This document shows positions 6,044 to 14,758 of a stretch of DNA of 35,035 nucleotides, one piece after another. The number at the start of each line of letters is the position of its first letter. The stretch's first letter is position 1. Source of the stretch: a virus (lineage: Duplodnaviria; Caudoviricetes); the IMG/VR virus record IMGVR_UViG_3300021124_000016, positions 1-35,035 of that record; one strand, 5' to 3'. A program made the position numbers and the translations under genes. The notes below the pieces were generated by a model. The model did no database searches and was not told the DNA's origin. It saw only the letters and a program-made list of their open reading frames with translations.

Positions 6044-6147
6044 TATATCTGCTAATTGGATTGCATATTGCATTTTTTGTTGTTGCAGGATTTTTGGCTG
6101 GATTATTGTATTCAATGTCAATACTAAGAAAGGCACAAGAGAAATGA
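6040..6147 (+). CDS. 35-aa single-TM peptide
   Basis: Manual ORF MIYLLIGLHIAFFVVAGFLAGLLYSMSILRKAQEK*; ATGA overlaps at both ends. Confidence 0.7.
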   Translation: MIYLLIGLHIAFFVVAGFLAGLLYSMSILRKAQEK

Positions 6148-6335
6148 GCACTAGATCATTAGGAATGATGGGCAAAACGTATAGGAGCGCTTCTGAGGCG
6201 TTTAAAGATGCTGACTATGCTATCGCCATAGAAAGACCCCAAGAAAGCAGCTATGATGGTTTTAGTGGCTTTTTAATGGCTATGGTGTTTGTAGGTATCT
6301 TCGCCTATGGTTTCTGGCGTTATGTCAGCTTATAA
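6144..6335 (+). CDS. hypothetical protein with C-terminal TM helix
   Basis: 63 aa; hydrophobic FLMAMVFVGIFAYGFW. Confidence 0.7.
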   Translation: MSTRSLGMMGKTYRSASEAFKDADYAIAIERPQESSYDGFSGFLMAMVFVGIFAYGFWRYVSL

Positions 6336-6759
6336 GCCGTTTAATCAGTATTTACACGATGTATATGATGCGCCAGCTCGTAAGGCCGTAGCGAGTTGGT
6401 GCAACATGAAATGGGGTTTTGATTGTAGGGATAACCCTAATAAGTATGGAGTTGATCTAATCGCTTTTCGATCAGATGTTCCAGTTGGTGCGCTTGAGGT
6501 AGAAGTTCGTCAAGCAGGCTTTGATCGACACGGTAGTATTCATATAGGGCAAAGGAAAGACAAACTATTTCTAAATAATCTGCCGACTCTATTTTTTGCC
6601 TTAACTCAGGACTTATCTCATGCTTATTGGGTGAAAGCAGACTTGATAAAAGGCTGTCCATTGATAGAGGTCAAGAATTTTTATGTTCCTAATGGGGAGC
6701 TTTTTTACGACTGCCCCATTAGTATGTTCAAACGTGTCGATCTTACCGACCCTTTTTAA
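6322..6759 (+). CDS. putative PD-(D/E)XK restriction-endonuclease-fold protein
   Basis: YGVDLI...LEVEVR resembles a D...ExE/K nuclease active-site pattern. Confidence 0.5.
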   Translation: MSAYKPFNQYLHDVYDAPARKAVASWCNMKWGFDCRDNPNKYGVDLIAFRSDVPVGALEVEVRQAGFDRHGSIHIGQRKDKLFLNNLPTLFFALTQDLSHAYWVKADLIKGCPLIEVKNFYVPNGELFYDCPISMFKRVDLTDPF

Positions 6760-6956
6760 TACTTTCTCATTGAAGGAAGTGGTGCTTCCTTTTGACTTTC
6801 AGCGTGATGCGCTTTTTCCATAGGCAAAGCAATATGCTTGTCTAGCTTCTTTTCTAAGCGCTCTACTTCTTTCTCAATGCGATGTGGCGATTCTTTAACA
6901 TAGTGACCTTTTGGTGACTTATGCTCTTTACCTTCAATTTTAAAATTAGTTGCCAT
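6756..6956 (-). CDS. hypothetical His/Lys-rich small protein, last gene of the late operon
   Basis: GGAG RBS before MATNFK; converges with the rightward operon. Confidence 0.6.
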   Translation of the reverse strand: MATNFKIEGKEHKSPKGHYVKESPHRIEKEVERLEKKLDKHIALPMEKAHHAESQKEAPLPSMRKY

Positions 6957-7497
6957 TTGCTTCTCCAATCATTTTCAATGCGTTAAATTTAACATCTTCC
7001 ACTCGTTTTAGCCAACCTTTGCCAAAGGTGGCAAAAGTAGCAAGACCCTCATAAAAGCTGGTTTTACGCTTGCTATACAAATCTACAATATCTTCAGGCT
7101 TCTTTTGGTCTATAAGTTGCATTGTGCGTGGGCCAATAGTCCCATCAGGAACACAGCCAAGACACTCTTGAAGTAGCTTTACAGCACGACCAACACCCAT
7201 ATTGATTGAGGCATCTAAAAGTAAATAATCAACACCTACAGGCAGTTGATTGGCGTATGATGCCATCCAATATTTAGCTTTATAAAAAGGGCTTACAGTT
7301 TCAGGTGTTAATGCTTTCATGTCGGCTGAAGACACTTTATGCCCTACAAACGCTTCCCAAGCTGCTTGAGTAACACCTAAATTGGTACATCCAAGCCGAC
7401 CATCCTCTAAATGATTGCCAGGATCTTTAGGGTTATCAGTAAAGCCACCTTCTGACTTTAATACCAAAGCTATACATTTATCAAAATTATTTTGCAT
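6946..7497 (-). CDS. endolysin, glycoside hydrolase family 108 with C-terminal peptidoglycan-binding domain
   Basis: SEGGFTDNPKDPG...TNLGVT; LQ...DGTIGPRT; FGKGWLKRV. Confidence 0.92.
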   Translation of the reverse strand: MQNNFDKCIALVLKSEGGFTDNPKDPGNHLEDGRLGCTNLGVTQAAWEAFVGHKVSSADMKALTPETVSPFYKAKYWMASYANQLPVGVDYLLLDASINMGVGRAVKLLQECLGCVPDGTIGPRTMQLIDQKKPEDIVDLYSKRKTSFYEGLATFATFGKGWLKRVEDVKFNALKMIGEANGN

Positions 7498-7915
7498 CTA
7501 AACCTACTTGTTGATTAATCCAATCTTGTAATGCTATTACTTGTTCTGTTGTGCTGGCGCATTGTTCGGCAATAGATAAAACGTAATAGGTTTGGCCATT
7601 AATAACGATGGTGGCGTTGGCATCGGAGGACATTGCACCGCTACTGGTGTTGAGCATCCCGTTATAAAAATTATGGATATTACTGAGATTAGCCTTGTAA
7701 GCATCTTCTACTCCTTTATTTACTAATTGTTGTTCTTTCTCTTTTGCCTTGTTTTCTGCAATCTGTTTTTCCGCAACAATCGCAACCTCATTTTTGAAAT
7801 CAGCAAAACGCAAATGCTCAACATAAAAGCCAGCGCTAAAACCGCCAAATACAAGAGCAATATAAATGTAAGTTTGTCCACCAATATTGCCTAACAGAGA
7901 AAATATAAAATTCAT
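7487..7915 (-). CDS. Rz: i-spanin (Rz-like)
   Basis: N-terminal TM helix, coiled-coil body, C-terminal ALQDWI; contains an embedded lipoprotein ORF. Confidence 0.8.
   Translation of the reverse strand: MNFIFSLLGNIGGQTYIYIALVFGGFSAGFYVEHLRFADFKNEVAIVAEKQIAENKAKEKEQQLVNKGVEDAYKANLSNIHNFYNGMLNTSSGAMSSDANATIVINGQTYYVLSIAEQCASTTEQVIALQDWINQQVGLDAK
7537..7704 (-). CDS. Rz1: o-spanin lipoprotein (Rz1-like), embedded in the +1 frame of Rz
   Basis: Manual ORF MLTRLISVISIIFITG|CSTPVAVQCPPMPTPPSLLMAKPITFYLLPNNAPAQQNK*: lipobox, Pro-rich, AAGGAG RBS. Confidence 0.85.
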   Translation of the reverse strand: MLTRLISVISIIFITGCSTPVAVQCPPMPTPPSLLMAKPITFYLLPNNAPAQQNK

Positions 7916-8148
7916 TGGGCATCAGGCTCTGCGCCTGCCATGTGTTTGCCTGCTACTGAAGCTGCGCCACTACCCGATACGATACCTAAAGCGCCAGCAA
8001 GCTCAGTTAAGCTAATCTCTTTACCAGAGTAGATTAAGTATATTGCTGCTGCGCCCACCAAAACAAAACCAAGCATCCACGCCCATTTTGCAATGTCGTG
8101 AGTCTGATTGTCTTTACCTGTCAATATGTGAGTAAATATTTCACCCAT
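7912..8148 (-). CDS. putative holin
   Basis: 78 aa, two hydrophobic segments, inside the lysis cassette. Confidence 0.6.
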   Translation of the reverse strand: MGEIFTHILTGKDNQTHDIAKWAWMLGFVLVGAAAIYLIYSGKEISLTELAGALGIVSGSGAASVAGKHMAGAEPDAQ

Positions 8149-8598
8149 TTAAATCACTCCTAAAACGAACTTTAACCATAATGTTACTATCAATGCTGCT
8201 ATCCAACACCATATTTTGACACGCTGTATTGCTTGTGCATCGTGCTGATATGCTTCATTTTCTTTACGCTCAAGATTTTCGATGTCTAGTTTTATCTTCA
8301 AAACTGCTTCCCATTCTTTAGCGCCATACTTCTTTACAAAATCTATCTTTAGTTGTGCTTCTTTTTCGCTAATTTGTTTCTTATGTTTCCAATCTTCTAG
8401 CGCTTTAATTAACGCTGTTTGCTTCTTTATTTCTGCTTCTTTTAACGCTCTACGCCTTTCTTGCGCTTTGCGTTGTGCTATATCTAATCCATCTTGTTGA
8501 ATGTCCTCTATGCTTTTCGTTAGGCTTTTAGTAGCTTTTTGAGTGGCATTAAGGCTTTCGCTAAGAGTTTTGACCCCTTGTGCGAATGGATCGGTCAT
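8149..8598 (-). CDS. coiled-coil protein with C-terminal TM anchor
   Basis: Charged helical body followed by IWCWIAALIVTLWLKFVLGVI. Confidence 0.7.
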   Translation of the reverse strand: MTDPFAQGVKTLSESLNATQKATKSLTKSIEDIQQDGLDIAQRKAQERRRALKEAEIKKQTALIKALEDWKHKKQISEKEAQLKIDFVKKYGAKEWEAVLKIKLDIENLERKENEAYQHDAQAIQRVKIWCWIAALIVTLWLKFVLGVI

Positions 8599-8601
8599 AT
8601 A

Positions 8602-8808
8602 TCATTTTGCGCTGAAATAATGAGCAATAAAGCCAATTAATGAACTGATGCCAGACACAACCATCATACCAACCCAAAAGCCACCACGACCTTTATTAGC
8701 CATAGCAAGCAATTCTTTGATATCGTGGCGCATTTCAGCAACTTCTTTTTCCATAGCCTCTACCTTTTGCCACATTACCCCTACTTTGATTGGATCAAAC
8801 TCAGTCAT
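8602..8808 (-). CDS. small coiled-coil plus TM protein (holin/antiholin-like)
   Basis: 68 aa; heptad N-terminal half and C-terminal TM; first gene of the lysis cassette. Confidence 0.6.
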   Translation of the reverse strand: MTEFDPIKVGVMWQKVEAMEKEVAEMRHDIKELLAMANKGRGGFWVGMMVVSGISSLIGFIAHYFSAK

Positions 8809-8810
8809 GA

Positions 8811-9359
8811 TTATGTCTTTTGTATATACGCTAACGCATAGTAAAGTGGTTTATTTGTAGCTCCTGAAGTCATTACACCAGAACTTGCAAAGCCGCCTGT
8901 ATTGCCTACTCCATAAGTATTACCAGCGCCTAAAACAAAAGAATCTTCTAAGTTAGGAGTTCCATTAGTGCCATCGCAAATGACATACCCACTTGGTATA
9001 GAACCGATTGATCCTGACCACATAATAATTCCACCGCTAGGCACGTTAGTAGAACTAGAAGTCCCAGCAGGGATACCATAGATATTGTCATAAGTTTGTA
9101 AAGTAGAACCTGTTGAATCAGTTAATACGAATTTATAAGATATGCCAGATGTAAGCCAAATTTCAAATGGGGGAATACCGTTTGTTCCTAATTGAATAGG
9201 ATTCGCATTAGGAATAGATCCGCTATTGTCTGTATAAGTAGTTAATGATGTAGATGATCCAGCTTGATAGGTATAAATATAACCACCTGACAACAGAACA
9301 CCGCTATTATTAAAGAATGGGGTAACTGAGTTACCTATTGGGGATAGTAATACGGTCAT
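8811..9359 (-). CDS. tailspike/fibre anchor protein (virion-binding N-domain plus short collar-like domain)
   Basis: FF..SG..LSGGYIYTYQAGSS...TYTD...NANPIQL N-domain; PSGGIIMWSG...PSGYVICDGTNGTPNL collar-like motif; sits at the P22 gene 9 position. Confidence 0.7.
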   Translation of the reverse strand: MTVLLSPIGNSVTPFFNNSGVLLSGGYIYTYQAGSSTSLTTYTDNSGSIPNANPIQLGTNGIPPFEIWLTSGISYKFVLTDSTGSTLQTYDNIYGIPAGTSSSTNVPSGGIIMWSGSIGSIPSGYVICDGTNGTPNLEDSFVLGAGNTYGVGNTGGFASSGVMTSGATNKPLYYALAYIQKT

Positions 9360-9361
9360 TA

Positions 9362-11959
9362 TTATTCCTTGTTAATTAATCCTGAATGTGGATGCACAGT
9401 TTCTGCAGCAAATTTACCTTTATTGACAAATTCTGCTGCTGATTTTAATGCTTGAACAGGCAAAATTGATGCGCCACCAGTTTTTGCCGCTAAAGCTGCT
9501 TCAGCTTTTGTTTGCATTCCTTGTTTTGCTAAAGCCCCAAACAATCCAGACAAACTATTTGAATGATTAAATACTCCTGCATCAGGTTTTGCAACTTTTG
9601 CGCCTAACACATTTATTTCCATTAAATCATTTAATGCTTCAGGCCCAAGTTTTTCAACTAATCCAGAGTTATTATTTACTAAATAATCATTTAGTTGTTT
9701 AGGTGTAAATTTACCCATATCACCTGTAAATCCTGCTTTTTTAATAATTTTTTCTAATTCTGCACCTTTTATTGCTTCAAGCGCTCTTGGGTTGTTAGCA
9801 AATTCTGCTTTAACACGCCTTAAATCACCAGTAGAAAGATTATTAATAAAATTGTTATAAAATTTATTTGCGCCTGTGCTACCCATTTGTTCTCCAGCTT
9901 CATTAACAAATGGCTTTGCTTCAACAGCAAATTTATAACCAGGAATTGTTTCTAATTTATCAAATCTTTGTTTTGCCAAATTTTTTGAAGCTATATATTG
10001 TGGCATTAATTCTTCCATGCCATCTTTTAATGGAATTTGCTCAAAAGCATTTCTAACTTGACCAGCAGCAGCAGACGCTTCTTTATCTGCGCCCCTTTGC
10101 ATTCTTGATAATTTTTTATCAAAAGCAATAAACTCTGGCAAAGTCATGCCATTTTTTTCAATCCGTGATAAATCTCCAATTAAACCTGATTTTTCAGCAG
10201 AATCCATTAAAAATTCGTCATGCAAATTGTTTTTAGCATGATTGACAAATGCTTGAGTATCTAACGGCATACCTGATTCAGCAGGAAAACCTCTTTCTGC
10301 TAACATTTCATTGTGACGTTGTTTTAAATCTCCATATGATTTTTGAATTGCTTTTACATGAGCAGCATCATTAAAAGCATATTCATCCATAAGGATTTGA
10401 CCAAAATCCTCACCTTTTGCATCACCCATTAATGGAGTATGACGTTCTTTAATGTTTTCTATTGCATTTTTAAATTGTTCTGGTTGATTACTAAATAAAT
10501 CTTGTATTCTTTGATCTGAATCTCTTTGATTCCATTCATCAGCGTATCTTCCTGTATTTTCTGTTCGCTGACCTTGACTCAATCTAATTCCATGTTTTTC
10601 TTCTAATGATTTTGTTTCTAAAGCTGGTAAATTTAATTTTTCTACAGAAGTTGATTTGATTAAATTTTGAGTTTCAGGGCTTAAATTAGGCAATATTGCA
10701 TTGACAGCGCTTTGTTTAGTTGTTTGTGCTGCCCCTACGTTTGGAGCGCCCATAACTTGAACAGATGCTTCAGGCTCATTAAATCTTTGTTTTGCTCTTT
10801 CAAAAGCTTCAGCCATTTGATTTTTTGCTTGTGATGTAGCAGATTGAATGTTTGCAACACGATTTGCAACAAAAGGCTCTCTCATAGCAGTTTCAGTTAC
10901 TGCACCTAAAACCTTATTTCCTCCAGCTATTAAAGGCTTTCCTACTGCGCTAATAGCTTGTGGAGCTATTAATTGTTCAGGATCATAAATAGTGCTTTTA
11001 ACTTGTTCACCTACTGCTGTGCCTGGATGCTCAATTAATTGTTTGCCTGCATTTATTACGTTTTGAGTAAAATCTTGCACAGGCATATTTGCTAGATTTT
11101 TTAAAGCCAATCCTACTGCGCTTATTTTTTTCCCAAGATTTGTTTGTGCTGCTGATCTTTCTTCTTCTGTAAAGCCTGGTATACCAAGGGATGCTGCAGC
11201 ATAGGTTGCAGCAGGAGCAAGTAAAGATTTATTTTTAAAGTCCTCAATTGACATTTCACCCAATGGTTTTTGAATGTCTTGAACAAATCTTCTACCTAAT
11301 TGTTTAATTGCTGGTGCGTTAGGCTCTAATTCAGTAGGTTGGTTATTGGAAATCGCAGAAATGTCTTTTACAGTTTTAGCAACTTGTTCTGTTTTTTGTC
11401 TAGGCTTAAATTCACCAATAAATGAAATGTCAGGATCGTACTCAGATTTTGCTTGAGCCAATATATTTTCTGCTTCAGGATTAAACTTGGGAATTTGCCC
11501 TGTTTTTAATCCAATAGTCGATCCTGGCAAACTTGCCCATTGATTTCTTGATAATTCATGCGCCTTTTCAAATTCTCCACTTTTAATATATGGTAATGCG
11601 CCTATATCTTTAAGAATGCCAACAGCAGCTTTTTGCTGATTTGGTAAAGTAAAATCTTTTAATTTTAATTTTTTCTTTTGCGTATCCCAAGTTGATCCTA
11701 AAAGTTGATATGCACCAGCAGCATCGCTAACATCGCCTTTATTATTAAAAACAATTTTTTGTCTTGGGTGATCAGATAAATCTGTAAAATTTTTATATCC
11801 AACACTTTGATTTTCTTTAGGTTTTCCCTCATAAGCATTTAAATAATTTAAATATGCTTGTACATTAGGATGTTTAATATCTTCATCCGTTAAAGGCACT
11901 TCTTTAGGCTTAAAGCTAGAAAGAAATGAAATGTCTGAATCTTGGGTATCTAAGCTCAT
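9362..11959 (-). CDS. DNA ejection protein (P22 gp16 position) with N-terminal lambda-R-like lysozyme domain
   Basis: 865 aa; EG...FTDLSDHPR...AAGAYQLLGSTW...DF...NQ...WASLPG; synteny. Confidence 0.8.
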   Translation of the reverse strand: MSLDTQDSDISFLSSFKPKEVPLTDEDIKHPNVQAYLNYLNAYEGKPKENQSVGYKNFTDLSDHPRQKIVFNNKGDVSDAAGAYQLLGSTWDTQKKKLKLKDFTLPNQQKAAVGILKDIGALPYIKSGEFEKAHELSRNQWASLPGSTIGLKTGQIPKFNPEAENILAQAKSEYDPDISFIGEFKPRQKTEQVAKTVKDISAISNNQPTELEPNAPAIKQLGRRFVQDIQKPLGEMSIEDFKNKSLLAPAATYAAASLGIPGFTEEERSAAQTNLGKKISAVGLALKNLANMPVQDFTQNVINAGKQLIEHPGTAVGEQVKSTIYDPEQLIAPQAISAVGKPLIAGGNKVLGAVTETAMREPFVANRVANIQSATSQAKNQMAEAFERAKQRFNEPEASVQVMGAPNVGAAQTTKQSAVNAILPNLSPETQNLIKSTSVEKLNLPALETKSLEEKHGIRLSQGQRTENTGRYADEWNQRDSDQRIQDLFSNQPEQFKNAIENIKERHTPLMGDAKGEDFGQILMDEYAFNDAAHVKAIQKSYGDLKQRHNEMLAERGFPAESGMPLDTQAFVNHAKNNLHDEFLMDSAEKSGLIGDLSRIEKNGMTLPEFIAFDKKLSRMQRGADKEASAAAGQVRNAFEQIPLKDGMEELMPQYIASKNLAKQRFDKLETIPGYKFAVEAKPFVNEAGEQMGSTGANKFYNNFINNLSTGDLRRVKAEFANNPRALEAIKGAELEKIIKKAGFTGDMGKFTPKQLNDYLVNNNSGLVEKLGPEALNDLMEINVLGAKVAKPDAGVFNHSNSLSGLFGALAKQGMQTKAEAALAAKTGGASILPVQALKSAAEFVNKGKFAAETVHPHSGLINKE

Positions 11960-13287
11960 TAATCACCTTGCTCCAAGCGTTTCATTGCTTTCATTTGTTT
12001 TTGCAATTCTTTAATTGTTTCTGGGCTTTCATTTGCTAAAAGCTCATCACGCATTAATGTTTTTTGTGCGGCAGACAATTCAGAATTACTGTTAATGTTG
12101 ATTAATTGATAAATCTTTCTATCTTTAGCATTTTCTGTCCATGCTTGTCTAAAATCAGGAGCATTTAATGGGCCACTAACTACACCACGTTTTTTGGCAA
12201 AATTTTGTATTCCGCTTGAATATTTGCTTGCAGCCAATAAATCGGCTTCTGCTGTATCAAGCAATCTTGCTAATGCTTTTTCACTAATATTACCGCCATC
12301 TCCTGTTGTTGCTGCTAATAAAGCTCTTGCAGCGTCAGTATTAGAATTTAATTGCCCTGCTGCATTTAATTGCAATTGTGCTGTAGATTTAATCAAACTG
12401 TCAAAATCAGGATTTTCTGCAATTAATTTTGCAACAGTTCTTGATCCTTGTCCTAATGCAGTACCGCTTGTTGATTTAATATACTTTCTTACATTTTTTA
12501 TGTCATTTAATTGTGTTTTTGCTGAATCACCCAATGTTCTAGCCTCAGACAATGTTTTTGTGCCTTCTTCAAATTTTGGTTTTTCAGTATCAGAAACATA
12601 AGGAGTATTAGCTCTATTAGGAAATGTTTCTTTAACAATTTTTTCAGGTTGTTCAAGTTGCGTTGGCGCATTTGTTCCGCCTGCTGTGCCACCTGTAGGC
12701 TGATTTTGACTGATATTTAATGGAGTAAATTGTTGAGTAGCAGGAGTAGCAAAACCAGGTACACCACCAACGCTTGTAAGCGTAGGATTTGCTTGTGTAA
12801 ATCTGCTTTCTTCTGTTCCACCTTTTTGAGTTAAGAAATTAATAAAATTTTCAGCTTTTTCAGGCCCTTGTGTGATAGCTTGTTTAAACTGTTCCATAGC
12901 ACCGCTAGGGTGTTTGGGAACACCTTGCGCTAAAAGAATTTGCTCAATCATGTCAGCATCATTTTTAAGAATATCTTGAGCCCCTTGCACAAAATTTCCA
13001 TCTTTATCTTTTAATTGTGAAATCTTTTTTTGCAATGCAGAAACAGCGCCTTGAGCATTTTTTTGATAAATATTTTGTAACTCAAATTGTGATTTTTCAG
13101 CTTCTGTTATTTTCTTTTTACTTTCAGCTTTGCCAGCTTCAATTTTAGGCTGTAATAATGCTTGTTTTTCTTGATAATCTAGCAAATTACTTAGCTGTGT
13201 CATGCCATCTTGCGGAGCATATTTATTGCCAGCAACAGGATTAACTTGGTAATTAGGTTGTTGAAATCCTTGAACATCAAAAGCCAT
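11959..13287 (-). CDS. DNA ejection protein (P22 gp20 position)
   Basis: 442 aa, helical and Gln-rich, between the gp7-like and gp16-like genes. Confidence 0.65.
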   Translation of the reverse strand: MAFDVQGFQQPNYQVNPVAGNKYAPQDGMTQLSNLLDYQEKQALLQPKIEAGKAESKKKITEAEKSQFELQNIYQKNAQGAVSALQKKISQLKDKDGNFVQGAQDILKNDADMIEQILLAQGVPKHPSGAMEQFKQAITQGPEKAENFINFLTQKGGTEESRFTQANPTLTSVGGVPGFATPATQQFTPLNISQNQPTGGTAGGTNAPTQLEQPEKIVKETFPNRANTPYVSDTEKPKFEEGTKTLSEARTLGDSAKTQLNDIKNVRKYIKSTSGTALGQGSRTVAKLIAENPDFDSLIKSTAQLQLNAAGQLNSNTDAARALLAATTGDGGNISEKALARLLDTAEADLLAASKYSSGIQNFAKKRGVVSGPLNAPDFRQAWTENAKDRKIYQLININSNSELSAAQKTLMRDELLANESPETIKELQKQMKAMKRLEQGD

Positions 13288-13289
13288 AA

Positions 13290-14174
13290 TTATTCTCCAG
13301 AATATTGAGTAAGGCTAGTATCTAAACCTGGCAACGATCTGTAAGAACTTGACACAGCAGGCAATACTCCCATGTTTACATTTGACATTGTTTGATTTGC
13401 TTGATCGGTACTATTAGGTTGTGCAAAATAATTACCAGCTAACTGTCCTAATGGAGTTCCTATGCCTGCATAAGTGCCACCCAAAGTATTTGCTGCGCCA
13501 GCAGTTCCTGCGCCTTGTGCAAAACCTTGCTGACCATAATTTCCAGCTAATGCACTACCCAAAGAAGTATTAAGGTTAGCCATTGAACCACCATAACCAG
13601 TAGCTATTCCAGCTAAATTATTTGTAGCAGTAAGCCCTTGATTAGATATATTTCCTAAATTGCCTAAAATAGCGTTTCTTTGATTTTGATAATTAGTAAA
13701 TGCGTTTTGATAAGCATTTCCAGCGTAGTTTTGGGTATATTGTTGTAAACCTTGCAAAGCATTACCACCCAACATACCACCTAAAGTATTATTTGCAGCA
13801 TTGGTAGTTTGCTGGCCTTGACCTAACTGAAACGCATAATTAGGGGCTAATTGAGCATTTAAGTCTTGGGCATTAAATTGATGTGATGCGTAACCGCTAT
13901 TGATTAAATCGCTTAAATTGTTGGCTGCGGCTGTTCCTGTGGCTGTATAAGGGTTATAAAGACCACTTGCAGTATTGTAGGCATTGGTTAAATATGGCCC
14001 AGCGTTTTGAAAGCCTGTTTGTAATGCCTGTGCGCCTTGCTGCAATCCAGCAACTTGTTGCCCTGCGCCTTGTCGTTGACCTTCAGCAGCAGTCGTGCCG
14101 CCTATGGCTTGACCAACTATGTTACCTACAATTGGCGCTGCTATTGAAGCAGCTAAAACTGAACCGATTGGCAT
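13290..14174 (-). CDS. DNA ejection protein (P22 gp7-like)
   Basis: Gly/Ala/Gln/Asn-rich; PY..TG..A and PNYAFQLGQG motifs; hydrophobic N-terminus. Confidence 0.75.
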   Translation of the reverse strand: MPIGSVLAASIAAPIVGNIVGQAIGGTTAAEGQRQGAGQQVAGLQQGAQALQTGFQNAGPYLTNAYNTASGLYNPYTATGTAAANNLSDLINSGYASHQFNAQDLNAQLAPNYAFQLGQGQQTTNAANNTLGGMLGGNALQGLQQYTQNYAGNAYQNAFTNYQNQRNAILGNLGNISNQGLTATNNLAGIATGYGGSMANLNTSLGSALAGNYGQQGFAQGAGTAGAANTLGGTYAGIGTPLGQLAGNYFAQPNSTDQANQTMSNVNMGVLPAVSSSYRSLPGLDTSLTQYSGE

Positions 14175-14175
14175 T

Positions 14176-14529
14176 TTATACCTCTTTAATCAATATTTTA
14201 TCTATTTTATCTGCATTTGTTTCATTTGTAGCATGAATACAGTACCAAACGCAGTCCTCTAACGCTAAAATTGCATGATTTACGCCAGCTTTAATCTCAA
14301 TACAAGCAGGGGAAACATATTTATTGGAGTCATTATCTGTAGTCACAAGCACAGAACCTTTAGCCAGTAGGCTTAAATGGCTGTAATGGTGCTGATGTGA
14401 CATAGCTGTATAGCCTTTAGGTATACGCATTTCTTTAGCGTATAAGCCATCAGAAAAATGATGGACTGTGCCTAAATCGACCTCAAATGTGCCGAGCGTT
14501 TTTTTAGCGAGTTCAGTAATACTAGACAT
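14176..14529 (-). CDS. cupin-fold protein
   Basis: HHFSDGLYAKEMRIPKG...HQHHYSHLSLLAKG...AGVNH; start placed at MSSITE. Confidence 0.75.
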   Translation of the reverse strand: MSSITELAKKTLGTFEVDLGTVHHFSDGLYAKEMRIPKGYTAMSHQHHYSHLSLLAKGSVLVTTDNDSNKYVSPACIEIKAGVNHAILALEDCVWYCIHATNETNADKIDKILIKEV

Positions 14530-14758
14530 TGTAGTAAGGCACTTTAAAAGGTTGACCATTAACAGATATGTTAATAAAGCCTACAGGATTAGCTGGTAAA
14601 GTAGCTGACCCTGTTGTTGCAGTAGTAGCAGACGTAAAGTTGACTAAATTAAGCAAATATTGCTGCCATGAGCGACTAGGGCGTTTTGTAGCCTCATCCA
14701 AGAACTCAGTCTGTGGATACGGATTGCCTTCGCCAGCACCAAAAATTACGTTAGCCAT
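14522..14758 (-). CDS. small virion protein at the P22 gp26 (needle/plug) position
   Basis: 78 aa directly after the gp10-like gene; P.T.FLD..T.RPSRSWQQYL N-terminus. Confidence 0.55.
   Translation of the reverse strand: MANVIFGAGEGNPYPQTEFLDEATKRPSRSWQQYLLNLVNFTSATTATTGSATLPANPVGFINISVNGQPFKVPYYNV

Larger units (their letters stand above)
5839..6147 (+). repeat. three direct gene-boundary repeats
   Basis: CAATACTAAGAAAGGCACAAGAG identical at 5839-5861 and 6119-6141; AAGGCACAAGAGAAATGA identical at 6026-6043 and 6130-6147. Confidence 0.92.

Noticed and set aside
5839-6147. CRISPR-like mini-array
   Set aside because: Spacing is irregular (about 100-180 bp), the intervening DNA is coding and there are no cas genes; the Cas4-like fold at 4059 belongs to the ERF recombination module.
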